Shown here: positions 1-9,661 of the stretch, in pieces | How positions within the stretch are numbered: the first letter of the stretch is position 1 | How the letters are laid out: each line of letters opens with the position of its first letter | DNA from: an uncultured Clostridia bacterium | GTDB lineage: Bacteria > Bacillota > Clostridia > Oscillospirales > UBA644 | Assembly (NCBI GenBank): GCA_944382895.1 | Contig: CALWNV010000003.1 | Location: 1-54,564, forward strand | Reading direction: 5' to 3' | DNA: 54,564 nt | Position numbers and translations under genes: made by a program | Notes under the pieces: model-generated | What the model was told of the DNA's origin: nothing | Database searches by the model: none | What the model saw: the letters and a program-made list of their open reading frames with translations, nothing else

Positions 1-57
1 CCCGGGAATATTATATCATTATACAAAAGATTATTATGTCAAAAAAAAGGACACAAT

Positions 58-94
58 AAAAAAATCCGTGGATATCCTGAAAGACATCCTCGGA
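58..94 (-). terminator. Intrinsic terminator downstream of helD-like gene
   Basis: Minus strand reads TCCGAGGATGTC-TTTCAG-GATATCCACGGA (one mismatch, one G-U pair) followed by a run of 7 T. Confidence 0.65.
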
Positions 95-192
95 AAAAAT
101 CTATCATAACCAATTCACACACAATAACAAAAATCTTAACACTTTTGCTTTTACCGGAACTTAAACATCCTTTTTCAAATACTGAAAACTAA

Positions 193-2298
193 TCATCTTA
201 TTATCGTCAATTTATGTAACGCGCGCGACGCACAGACATAAAAAACCCTACGCGCTTCTTCACTGTCCTCCTTATCTTCAAACACAACCGCCGCATCAAA
301 CTCAAGACCCTTTGTCAGATATGAAGCGATCACGACTGTCTCACCAGGGAAAACAATATCTTCCGGTCCGATAAGTTTTACGGGAACTCCCTTTTCGGAA
401 AGCTTTTCATATATCGTCTTAGCCTCGTCCCACGTTTTGCATATAACCGCGGTAGAGGGATATTTGAGAGACAGATCTTTGACAACAGATCCAAGATTTT
501 CAGCGTCTTCAAAAGTGACAGCCTCCCCGTGTCTCATAAAAAAGCCTGTATCAGCTGAAGTCTGGATAATCGTTTTCAGAAAAGTATTTATTTCCACGGT
601 AGACCTATATGTTTTATTAAATTCAACATATGAGGTATTCATCAAATTATAATACGCGGCAATATCACGAATTGAACCGAGATGTGAGATAAACGCCTGA
701 TCCGGATCTCCAAGCACTGTATGTTTCGCGCTATTAAAAACCTTTGCCGTTAACATATACAATATAGGAGGATAATCCTGAGCTTCATCCACCACAACAT
801 GTTTTATCCGATGCATCTCCCGGATATTCCCCGACAAAACCATAAGATACGCTATAGGGAGCATATCTTCAAATCTTATTTCATTCCGGGCAAGTCTCTG
901 TTCTGTGTCTTTACAATATTCCTCTGAAAACCCCCGTAAAACATTAAGATAAGCTTTTTCGATATCAGGCAAAAGCATTTTTTCAAGATCTGAAAGCATT
1001 TTTTCAAGTTCTCCCTGCCATTTTGCCTCACACTCAAGCGCAAATTCATCATTATCAGAACTTACCGCGCCGTTATAAGAATTTTCACGCTCATAACGTT
1101 TAATAAACTTTTGCCGGATTTCGTTTTCACAATATTCAGTGATACCGTCCTTTATTTTAGCAACACGCACGGCACAAGGAAACGATTTGTATAAATCGAA
1201 ATAAAGATATTCAAGCTCTTCCTTCGTTCGTATTTCCGCGTCATCAAGGAAAAGATTTGTTATTTTCACATCTGTAACAGCCGTATTATAAAAATAATTC
1301 TCAAGCTTTTCCGCGAACTCCAGAGAACCTTTAAGTTTTATCTCCGCGGCCCCCGTTTCTTCTGCAAAAACACGTTCACATTGCTCGGATAAAGACAGCG
1401 TATTTCTACTTGGGAAAAATCCGGACAGGAATTCATAAAAGCTTGTCTGTAAAACTTTATCTTCACCTAAATCTGGAAGAACATCGGCAATATAAGAATT
1501 AAAAACATTGTTAGGTGAAAAAATAATTATATTGGACGAAGTAAGAGTTTTTCTGTACTTATAAAGTAAATATGCGAGACGGTGAAGCGCGACGGATGTT
1601 TTTCCGCTCCCCGCGACTCCGCTTACAAGCAAAAGGGTACTTCCCAGATTACGGATAACCGCATTCTGCTCCGTCTGTATCGTAGCTATTATGGTTTTCA
1701 TTTTCAGATCGGAGGTTTTTCCGAGCTCGCTTTGAAGAATCTCGTCCTCAACGGCTATATCACTGTCAAACATATAGATAAGCTCACCGTCAACTATTTT
1801 GAACTGACGACGAAGAAGCAACTCACATGGGATTTCACCCTCCACGCTGTGATACGACGTTTTACCCAACGGACTGTCATAAAACATTCCTGCGATATCA
1901 CTGCGCCAGTCACAAACCAGCATTTCAGATGAAGTCTCATCGGAAAGAGATCTGCGTCCTATATATATAGTTTCCTCATCGAATCCGTCCTCTTTGAAAT
2001 CCAATCTCGCAAAATACGGGCTTTTCATAAGGATATTCAAAGAGGCGTTCTCTTTTTCCATACGCTCAAAACGCTGTGTATCCCGGCTTTCGGTCTGACT
2101 TATCTGAACAAGCTCGAATACTCCTTCCGGGCTTTCGTAATCATGGATAAAATCATCCCACATACGTTTACGCTCTTCACGGATATATTCTCTTAACGAT
2201 GATATATCTCCCGCATATCCGCCAAGCCGTTCGCGTATATAACTTTTTACCTTTTCAAGATATAGCAATTCCTGTTTATCTATATTCATCTGAAACAT
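193..2298 (-). CDS. helD: HelD-family RNA polymerase recycling ATPase (UvrD/SF1 helicase-like)
   Basis: HelD-type N-terminal motifs (SPYFARLDF, IYIGR, DWRS, IIATIQTEQN), Walker A GVAGSGKT followed by ALHRLAYLLY, Walker B VVDEAQD, LGDPDQ, YRST, KGLEFD, YVCASRA. Start may be the ATG at 2289. Confidence 0.85.
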   Translation of the reverse strand: MFQMNIDKQELLYLEKVKSYIRERLGGYAGDISSLREYIREERKRMWDDFIHDYESPEGVFELVQISQTESRDTQRFERMEKENASLNILMKSPYFARLDFKEDGFDEETIYIGRRSLSDETSSEMLVCDWRSDIAGMFYDSPLGKTSYHSVEGEIPCELLLRRQFKIVDGELIYMFDSDIAVEDEILQSELGKTSDLKMKTIIATIQTEQNAVIRNLGSTLLLVSGVAGSGKTSVALHRLAYLLYKYRKTLTSSNIIIFSPNNVFNSYIADVLPDLGEDKVLQTSFYEFLSGFFPSRNTLSLSEQCERVFAEETGAAEIKLKGSLEFAEKLENYFYNTAVTDVKITNLFLDDAEIRTKEELEYLYFDLYKSFPCAVRVAKIKDGITEYCENEIRQKFIKRYERENSYNGAVSSDNDEFALECEAKWQGELEKMLSDLEKMLLPDIEKAYLNVLRGFSEEYCKDTEQRLARNEIRFEDMLPIAYLMVLSGNIREMHRIKHVVVDEAQDYPPILYMLTAKVFNSAKHTVLGDPDQAFISHLGSIRDIAAYYNLMNTSYVEFNKTYRSTVEINTFLKTIIQTSADTGFFMRHGEAVTFEDAENLGSVVKDLSLKYPSTAVICKTWDEAKTIYEKLSEKGVPVKLIGPEDIVFPGETVVIASYLTKGLEFDAAVVFEDKEDSEEARRVFYVCASRALHKLTIIR

Positions 2299-2308
2299 CC
2301 TTTTCCAA

Positions 2309-2345
2309 ATTGAGAAAAATGCGGAAATCCCGCATTTTTCTCAAT
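2309..2345. terminator. Perfect 16-bp inverted repeat between GRE and helD
   Basis: ATTGAGAAAAATGCGG-AAATC-CCGCATTTTTCTCAAT, immediately after the GRE stop codon. Confidence 0.75.
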
Positions 2346-2346
2346 A

Positions 2347-4449
2347 TCAGTGCTGCTCTGTTTTTTTGATTATCATCTGCTGCCAGTGAGGATTAAGGGT
2401 AACAAACCTCGCTGACCATCCGGAAACTCTGACCGCAAGCGTAGGATATTTCTCGGGATGCGCCGTAGCGTCAAGTAAAGTATTATTATCCTCTACATCG
2501 GTGTGGATAAAGATACCGCTTTTTTCGATGAACGTTTTATAAAGCCCGACCATCGCTTTTATACCGTCTTCGCCGCGTACAGCCGAAGGTGATATCTTCA
2601 TGTCAAGAGCAGTACCGTTTACAAGGCATGTCAAATCAAGAGAACAATGGGACGTGATAACCGCCGTAGGTCCATTCTTGTCCGTACCGGGAGTAGGAGT
2701 GAGATTTGCGGCAAGTATCTCTCCGGCTTTATGTCCGTCAAATGTAGCTTTTCTTCCCTCACGCCAAGAGACTTCTCTTCCAAAAGTAGAAATACCGGCA
2801 GGACGTTTAACACCGTTTCTTTCCGGAATTTCTTTTGCGAACCTTGAAAAATCATGCAGAACCCGACGTGCCATTTCATCAACCTCAGGATGCCCGTTCC
2901 CGTAATGATCACATTCTTTAAGCATCTGCTGACGCAAAGGCTCATTCCCCTGCCAATCGGATCTAAGAAATTCCCGGACCTGACTCAAAGTAAATTTCTT
3001 CTCATCATAAACAAGTTTTTTTATCGCGTAAAGCTCATTTGCAACATCCGGAACCCCGCCGGTATGAGGTGAAAGCACTTTATACTTGGCCCCACCGTGA
3101 TAATAACCTTTCGCACTTTCTATACATCCGTCCGTAAACAATGAAAACAATGTATTGGCGATCCCGTTATACCCGAAATTATCCGCGCCTTCCATCAATT
3201 GCCCTATTATGTGCTGGACTCTGGCGTCATACGCTTTATACAAATCCTCAAACGTGGGATAGTCTACTGCGTCTGTCCCTTCTTCAAGTCCGAGCGCCTG
3301 CTGAAGACAGACAAGGATATCAATGGGATGGTATGAAAAACATGTCTTCCCGGGTATCTGAATCTCCCAACATCCGTCATTTGCGAAGTTTCTCGCTTCT
3401 TCAAGCGGATAACCGAAATTATAAAGATTATTTATTATAAAATCATTATTATAAATCGCCACAGTGCCGCTGCCTAAACGCTGAACTTCCGCAATCCGCC
3501 TGAAAAGCTTTTCCGGGGTCCTTTTACTTACTCTCACAGCAATGGGGAAATCACTTATCCTTAACTCTTCAACAACATCAAGCACCAGATATGTTACGTC
3601 ATTTACAACTTCATTCCCGTCTTTATCAACACCGGAGAGAATAATGTTCTGATAATGCTGACCGTCGCCGGAACCATCAAAAATCTCTGAACGGCCTATC
3701 CATTCACAGCCTTTGATCCAGAAATGAGCAATATACTCGCGTGCCTCATCAAGCGTTATTTTCCTCGCCTTAAGATCTTTTTCAAGATATTTACCGAGCA
3801 TTACGTCAATTCTTCCTATTCCGGGCCAATCTCCGCATTGACGCATAAACACAAACATGAACAAAAGAGACTGTATCGCCTCTCTGAAATTCTTCGGCTT
3901 ATTCTCAGGCACATTTTTAAGATTTTTCAAAACCTGTTCATAATGCAACTTAAGTTCACCATCGCTTTCACGTATAAGCTTACGCAAAAGCGCAATATAA
4001 CGCTTATGCCATGTTCCCATAGCGTCAAGTGTTATCTGAAGTGAGTGAAGAAATTTTATCTGATCTTTATCAAGGTTCCCACGCGCAAGTCTCTCATCAA
4101 CATGAGAACGCAACCCCTTAAGACCGATTTCAAGTACTTCATAGAATCCAGGCGTACAATGCGAAAGGCTGCCTATGGCGATATTCCCGTCAGGATCACG
4201 TACAGGGGTCACATGCATAGGCGATTCGGCAAGCGTACACGCCCCGACGAGCTTTTCCTCGGGAAGGATTCTGATAGGACCTTCCTCTGCGATATGTCGC
4301 ACACAATAAGCGCTGCGCAGATACGCGTTGGGTTCTTTATTTTCTTTTTTTGTCAAAACAAGCTTTGTCGGTTCCAAAGCCTTGCCCCATTTGCCGGTCA
4401 ATGCTTCTTCCGCCATTTTTCTTGTAGTCTCACTTAATCTCCTGACCAT
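2347..4449 (-). CDS. Glycyl radical enzyme (PFL-like superfamily), substrate unknown
   Basis: C-terminal glycyl loop LAVRVSGWS, Cys loop NDGCWE, GRID motif, PKNFREAIQ. Start moved to ATG 4449 (AGGAGG upstream); ORF track starts at 4467. Confidence 0.9.
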   Translation of the reverse strand: MVRRLSETTRKMAEEALTGKWGKALEPTKLVLTKKENKEPNAYLRSAYCVRHIAEEGPIRILPEEKLVGACTLAESPMHVTPVRDPDGNIAIGSLSHCTPGFYEVLEIGLKGLRSHVDERLARGNLDKDQIKFLHSLQITLDAMGTWHKRYIALLRKLIRESDGELKLHYEQVLKNLKNVPENKPKNFREAIQSLLFMFVFMRQCGDWPGIGRIDVMLGKYLEKDLKARKITLDEAREYIAHFWIKGCEWIGRSEIFDGSGDGQHYQNIILSGVDKDGNEVVNDVTYLVLDVVEELRISDFPIAVRVSKRTPEKLFRRIAEVQRLGSGTVAIYNNDFIINNLYNFGYPLEEARNFANDGCWEIQIPGKTCFSYHPIDILVCLQQALGLEEGTDAVDYPTFEDLYKAYDARVQHIIGQLMEGADNFGYNGIANTLFSLFTDGCIESAKGYYHGGAKYKVLSPHTGGVPDVANELYAIKKLVYDEKKFTLSQVREFLRSDWQGNEPLRQQMLKECDHYGNGHPEVDEMARRVLHDFSRFAKEIPERNGVKRPAGISTFGREVSWREGRKATFDGHKAGEILAANLTPTPGTDKNGPTAVITSHCSLDLTCLVNGTALDMKISPSAVRGEDGIKAMVGLYKTFIEKSGIFIHTDVEDNNTLLDATAHPEKYPTLAVRVSGWSARFVTLNPHWQQMIIKKTEQH

Positions 4450-4450
4450 A

Positions 4451-5332
4451 TTATTCGCCCTCCTCAAGCGGATCGCACTTTACTTTTTTTATGTATTTTC
4501 CCGCCGTTTTTTTGAATTCACGCAGACATTCAAGAGACGGTTCATCAAATTCCCTGCCAAATTTCATATTTAAATTTTCAAGTTTACTCAAACCAAATTT
4601 ATGATACCTTAAAATTTCATAATAATCAAGATTTTTCAGCCCGGAAACGATTTTACAAATATTTTCGGCATCATCCTCATTTACACCCGCTATAACCGGT
4701 GTACGAATAATAAGCTTTATCCCATCTACATTACCGAGTTTTTTTATATTTTCCACAATCATCTTATTGGAAACACCTGTATACTTCTTATGTTTTTCAT
4801 CATCATATAACTTAAAATCACACATGACAAAATCCGTATACGGCAAAATCTTTTCAATCTCAGTCCATTCCACATTCCCTGCGGTCTGTATCCCTACGCT
4901 TATTCCCGCGTCACGGCATAACTTCGATGTTTCGGCAATAAAATCTGCCTGCAACAAAGGTTCACCGCCCGAAAACGTTACGCCGCCCCCGGAATTTTTA
5001 TAAAAATCCAAATCGGAACGAATCACATCAAACAATTCGGTCGAAGAAAGCTCATACCCGCACATCTCTCTGGCTCCGGACGGGCATACCGCGGCACATT
5101 TCCCGCAACTATTACATTTTCCGGGATCAAGACCATTTCCGCAAACAGTCTCACACCTTCCGCAACCTATACATTTTACGGGATAGATCCTCAACTGAGG
5201 TTTTTTGTCAAGGCCTTCTGGATTGTGACACCACAAACACGCGTTATTACAACCCTTCATAAAAACCGTAGTACGGATACCATAACCATCATGCGTCGAA
5301 AAACGCTGTATGTCAAAAATAACGCCCTTCAT
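4451..5332 (-). CDS. Glycyl-radical enzyme activating enzyme (radical SAM, ferredoxin-insert type)
   Basis: IFDIQRFSTHDGYGIRTTVFMKGCNNACLWCHNPE (CxxxCxxC), inserted CxxCxxCxxxC motifs, GGGVTFSGGEP; adjacent to the GRE. Start moved to ATG 5332. Confidence 0.93.
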   Translation of the reverse strand: MKGVIFDIQRFSTHDGYGIRTTVFMKGCNNACLWCHNPEGLDKKPQLRIYPVKCIGCGRCETVCGNGLDPGKCNSCGKCAAVCPSGAREMCGYELSSTELFDVIRSDLDFYKNSGGGVTFSGGEPLLQADFIAETSKLCRDAGISVGIQTAGNVEWTEIEKILPYTDFVMCDFKLYDDEKHKKYTGVSNKMIVENIKKLGNVDGIKLIIRTPVIAGVNEDDAENICKIVSGLKNLDYYEILRYHKFGLSKLENLNMKFGREFDEPSLECLREFKKTAGKYIKKVKCDPLEEGE

Positions 5333-5333
5333 A

Positions 5334-6425
5334 TCAATCGATCCTGAAATCACAATATTTACAGGCATGCCCCGGCCTCGGTCCATTTATCTCGTATGTC
5401 AAAGCAGGCAAATACTTTTCGGTATTTGTGACACATACTGGATTAGGACAACGCATAGCGCCGTCTGTTTCCGTGAATCCGAAAATATCAGGTCTGAATC
5501 TTCCGTTTTTAAGCATTGTAAGAATAAGAGCCATACGTATATACATTCCGTTTTCTGCCTGTCTGAAATATAAAGCTCGGCTGTCAAAATCCACTTCGGA
5601 AGAAATTTCATCCACCCTAGGTAACGGATGCAACACAGCAAGATCTTTTTTCGCATATAAAAGTTTTGCCGGTGTAAGCACGTATTTACCGCTTTCCTTT
5701 TTATAAAGATCTTCGGACTGAAACCGTTCTTTCTGTATACGGGTCATATATAAGATATCCAATTCCCCTATACATTCATCAAGCGATGCAATCTCATAAA
5801 CCGTATTACCACTGGCTTGAAGTTCCTCCAATATATAACGCGGGACTTTCAAATTCAAAGTGGATACTAAATAATATGTATTTTTCCCCAATACGGTCAA
5901 TGCGCGTAAAAGTGAATGAACGGTTCTTCCGTGTTTAAGATCTCCGCAAAGGCCTATAGTCAACCCACTCAGTCCGCCTTTTTCCATAGTTATCGTCATC
6001 AGGTCTGTAAGTGTCTGTGTAGGATGAAAATGCCCTCCGTCACCCGCATTTATCACCGGACATGACGAATACAGAGAAGCGGCCAAAGCCGCTCCTTCAC
6101 GGGGATTACGCATGGCTATTATATCCGCATAAGTACTGACTATGGTTATCGTATCCTTAAGATTTTCACCTTTAGCAACGGAGGAATTCGCTGGGCTGTC
6201 AAACCCTATCACTGATCCACCCAGTTTCAGCATGGCTGTCTGAAATGAAAGCATGGTGCGAGTACTCGGCTCATAAAAAAGCGTTGCAAGAACTTTTCCT
6301 TTACAACTATCAGAATATTCTTCCGGAGACCGCATTATATCTGTTCCGAGACGATAAAGCGCATTCCACTGTGAAACCGTTATATCATTAAAGTCCACCA
6401 GATGCCTATACTGCACTCGGATCAT
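5334..6425 (-). CDS. pyrB: Aspartate carbamoyltransferase catalytic chain with fused C-terminal PyrI-like zinc domain
   Basis: FYEPSTRT, HPTQ, GDLKHGRTVHS, HPLPR motifs; C-terminal CPNPVC...CKYC. RBS spacing suggests the real start is GTG 6416. Confidence 0.93.
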   Translation of the reverse strand: MIRVQYRHLVDFNDITVSQWNALYRLGTDIMRSPEEYSDSCKGKVLATLFYEPSTRTMLSFQTAMLKLGGSVIGFDSPANSSVAKGENLKDTITIVSTYADIIAMRNPREGAALAASLYSSCPVINAGDGGHFHPTQTLTDLMTITMEKGGLSGLTIGLCGDLKHGRTVHSLLRALTVLGKNTYYLVSTLNLKVPRYILEELQASGNTVYEIASLDECIGELDILYMTRIQKERFQSEDLYKKESGKYVLTPAKLLYAKKDLAVLHPLPRVDEISSEVDFDSRALYFRQAENGMYIRMALILTMLKNGRFRPDIFGFTETDGAMRCPNPVCVTNTEKYLPALTYEINGPRPGHACKYCDFRID

Positions 6426-6439
6426 CCTCCTTTTCGGTT

Positions 6440-6468
6440 AGTTTAGCATAAATATACGACTAAGTCAA
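6440..6468 (-). promoter_or_regulatory. Putative sigma-A promoter for pyrB-activase-GRE
   Basis: TTGACT-17 bp-TAAACT with extended -10 TG on the minus strand. Confidence 0.5.
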
Positions 6469-6540
6469 GTAATATTATGTTAATTTTTTATTATATTATC
6501 TAATATCATTTATACAATAAAACTCTGATTTTTTATCATT

Positions 6541-8886
6541 TCAACCAAATACTTTTTTCGCTATATCAACCGCTTGTTTCGCGTCTTTAGAATAAAAATC
6601 TGCTCCGATCTTCTCAGCGTAGTTTTCTGTCAAAACCGCGCCGCCGACCATTATCTTGCAATCTGCCCCGCTTTCACGTAAAAGTTTTATCGTTCTCTCC
6701 ATCCCCTTAACAGTAGTAGTCATAAGCGCGCTTAATCCGACAAGACGTATATTCCCCTCAAGTACTGCCCTTACGATTTCTTCCGCAGGAACGTCCCGAC
6801 CAAGATCAATAACCTCATAACCATAATTTTCCAGAACTACTCTGACAATATTTTTGCCAATATCATGAATATCCCCCTCAACAGTTGCAACAATTATCTT
6901 TCCTTTTTCGACGCTTTTACCGCTGTTTTGAGATATACGTTTTTTTATTTCATCAAAAGCTTGCTGCGCCGCAGTAGCCGATGATAGGAGCTGGGGAAGG
7001 AAGATCGTATGATTTTCAAAACGTGTCCCGACCTCGTCCAGCGCAGGAATAAGTACTTTGTTCACAACTTCCAAAGGGTCTGAAGCTTCCAAAAGTCTCA
7101 CGGTATATCTGCGGCAAGAGTCCTTTATCCCGGAGACAACCGCATCAAAAAGAAGGCTCTCGGCTGTTTCATTTTTTTCTACTCCTGAAACAGAAGACTC
7201 ATTATCCTTTCTCTGTTTTCCCGCCTCCCTTATAATAAATTTTTCCGCGCCTTTATCAATATTGTAAAACACATTAAATGCCGCGATCGCGTCAATCATC
7301 TCAACGATATTCGGGTTTATTATCGGCAAATCCAGTCCATGCGCCAAAGCTAAAGTGAGATATGTAGAATTCAAAAGCGTCCGGGATGGCAAGCCGAAAG
7401 AAACATTTGAGACGCCTAATACGGTTTTTACCCCAAAACGTTTTTTTACCGTTTTGATTGCCTTTAACGTTTCAGTCGCTTCTTTTTGCTGGACAGAAGC
7501 AGTAAGACAAAGACAGTCTATGTAAATATCTTCACGTCTGATCCCCTGCTTTTCCGCCGCTTCTATTATCTTTCCCGCTATACATACTCTCTGTTCAGCT
7601 TTTGCGGGTATTCCGTTCTTATCAAGCGTAAGCCCGATCACCGCTGCCCCATATTTTTTGACAATAGGCAAGACCTCCGCAAGAGTTTTTTCATCACCAT
7701 TAACTGAATTCACAATCGGCTTGCCGTTATATACCCTGAGAGCCGCCTCAAGGGCCTCCGGATCAGAAGTATCTATCTGCAACGGCAGATCACAAACACC
7801 CTGTATTTCCTGCGTTACTTTTTTAAGAATCTCAGGCTCATTGATCTCTGGAAGACCTACATTCACATCCAGTATATCCGCGCCGGCATCCGCCTGTTCA
7901 AGCGCCTGTGAAAGTATGTATGAAATATTTTTATCCAATAACGCTTGTTTGAAAAGTTTTTTCCCTGTAGGATTTATCCTTTCGCCGACTATGCATATTT
8001 TATCAACATCTACATGCCGCGTACCTGAGGTAAGAACAGAAGTTCGTTTTATTCTTCTGGGTACAGGCCGTATATTCCCGAATTTTTCTGCTAAAAGAGA
8101 AATATACGTTTCATCAGTACCACAGCATCCGCCGACCATCGCAACTCCGGAACGGACAAGAGGAATAAGCTGTTTCAAAAATTCAGAAGCGGACACATTG
8201 TACTCATTAGTTTCAGGATCGGGAAGGCCTGCATTCGCTTTTACAATAACCGGCAGATGAGTTCTGTTCAGAAGAGTTTTTATAACTCCCGAAAGCTCTG
8301 CCGGGGCCAGAGAACAATTTACCCCTAAAGCCTCTACTCCGAGCCCCTCCAAAGTCGCCGCCATCGCTTCTGGAGAAACTCCGGTAAAAGTCCGTCCGTT
8401 TTTTTCGAATGTCATAGTGGCAAACACAGGCAAAGTTGAGTTTTCTTTAGCGGCAAGAACGGCTGCTTTAAGCTCAAGAAGATCCGAAAATGTTTCAAAC
8501 GCGATTATATCAGCGCCTTTTGCTGCAATTACCGCTTCTTTGAAATAGCTGTACGCTTCTTCAAAAGACATATCTCCGTTAGGTTTCATCAGTTTTCCTA
8601 TCGGGCCTAAGGAAAATGCGACCTTTGCTTTTGTGCCGGAGGCCGCCTTTGCGCAGGATATTCCTGCTGATATGAGTTCTTGCACACTGTAGCCGCAATT
8701 CTTCGTTTTATATGTATTTGCCCCGAAAGTATTGGCATATACTATATTTGCCCCAGCATCAATATACGCCTTGTGTATCTCTGTTATCAAGGAAGGCCTT
8801 TCTATATTAAGCTCTTCAGGACACTTCCTATACACAATCCCGCGTTTTTGTATCTGAGTGCCCATGGCACCGTCAAGAATTATCAT
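6541..8886 (-). CDS. metH: Cobalamin-dependent methionine synthase lacking the C-terminal reactivation domain
   Basis: Homocysteine domain (LDGAMGT, GVNC, GGCCGT), pterin domain (GERINPTGKK), B12 cap and DIHDIG...SALMTTT...GGA; ends right after the B12-binding domain. Confidence 0.9.
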   Translation of the reverse strand: MIILDGAMGTQIQKRGIVYRKCPEELNIERPSLITEIHKAYIDAGANIVYANTFGANTYKTKNCGYSVQELISAGISCAKAASGTKAKVAFSLGPIGKLMKPNGDMSFEEAYSYFKEAVIAAKGADIIAFETFSDLLELKAAVLAAKENSTLPVFATMTFEKNGRTFTGVSPEAMAATLEGLGVEALGVNCSLAPAELSGVIKTLLNRTHLPVIVKANAGLPDPETNEYNVSASEFLKQLIPLVRSGVAMVGGCCGTDETYISLLAEKFGNIRPVPRRIKRTSVLTSGTRHVDVDKICIVGERINPTGKKLFKQALLDKNISYILSQALEQADAGADILDVNVGLPEINEPEILKKVTQEIQGVCDLPLQIDTSDPEALEAALRVYNGKPIVNSVNGDEKTLAEVLPIVKKYGAAVIGLTLDKNGIPAKAEQRVCIAGKIIEAAEKQGIRREDIYIDCLCLTASVQQKEATETLKAIKTVKKRFGVKTVLGVSNVSFGLPSRTLLNSTYLTLALAHGLDLPIINPNIVEMIDAIAAFNVFYNIDKGAEKFIIREAGKQRKDNESSVSGVEKNETAESLLFDAVVSGIKDSCRRYTVRLLEASDPLEVVNKVLIPALDEVGTRFENHTIFLPQLLSSATAAQQAFDEIKKRISQNSGKSVEKGKIIVATVEGDIHDIGKNIVRVVLENYGYEVIDLGRDVPAEEIVRAVLEGNIRLVGLSALMTTTVKGMERTIKLLRESGADCKIMVGGAVLTENYAEKIGADFYSKDAKQAVDIAKKVFG

Positions 8887-9476
8887 ATCATATAAGCCTC
8901 TTTCATTTTATTTTTTTCTGGAGCTTCAAAAACACCTAATCCGCCGTACGTTATCCTAGAAACAATCTCCGACATCTCCTCTGCGGATTCCTTCATTCCT
9001 CCACCGATCCACTCTCGGATAATACCGACACTTCCAACCGCAGTAAACGCATAAATATATCTCAAAAGAACAATATCATCCGTATGCATTTTTTCCGCCC
9101 AATCGTCAATACATGCCTTTTCGGCGATATACATCACTCTTTTCAAAAAATCAGGATCTCCGTTATCACTGAATAAAACTTTGCACAAATCGCTGTTTTT
9201 TTGTATTCTGCAGAAAATTTCGTATATAACTTCTCTGGGATTATGTCCCTTCAAAGCCCCAAAAATTTCATCATAGAGTTCCCCTTCTATTTTATCAAGA
9301 AGATCATATGCGTCTTTGTAATACGAATAAAAAGTACCTCTATTCACATCAGCTGTTTCACAAATCTCTTTTACGGTTATTTTATTTATATTTTTTTTCT
9401 CCATCAGAAAAAGAAACGCTTGACGGATAACAGCTTTAGTGTAGCGAGTCCGCCTGCTCTCACGTTTTTCCTCCAA
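8883..9476 (-). CDS. TetR/AcrR-family transcriptional regulator
   Basis: HTH motif ITVKEICETADVNRGTFYSYY; divergent from the MMPL gene; ATGA overlap with metH. Confidence 0.92.
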   Translation of the reverse strand: MEEKRESRRTRYTKAVIRQAFLFLMEKKNINKITVKEICETADVNRGTFYSYYKDAYDLLDKIEGELYDEIFGALKGHNPREVIYEIFCRIQKNSDLCKVLFSDNGDPDFLKRVMYIAEKACIDDWAEKMHTDDIVLLRYIYAFTAVGSVGIIREWIGGGMKESAEEMSEIVSRITYGGLGVFEAPEKNKMKEAYMI

Positions 9477-9661
9477 AACTTATCCCTCCTAAATTATTTT
9501 ACACAATATTAATTTTACTGCCGTAGCGTTTTGAACAAAACAAAAAGGTTTTGTATATTTACGTACATAACAAAATAAACTGACTGTTGATTTTTGTACA
9601 CAGTGATATTATACTATAAGTGAGAGAAAAAGTCAACATCGTGTACAGAAAAAGAGGAATT

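Noticed and set aside
2347-4449. Pyruvate formate-lyase (pflB) or anaerobic ribonucleotide reductase (nrdD)
   Set aside because: It has a single Cys (GCWE) where PFL has CC, the activase has a ferredoxin insert unlike PflA, and there are no NrdD features.
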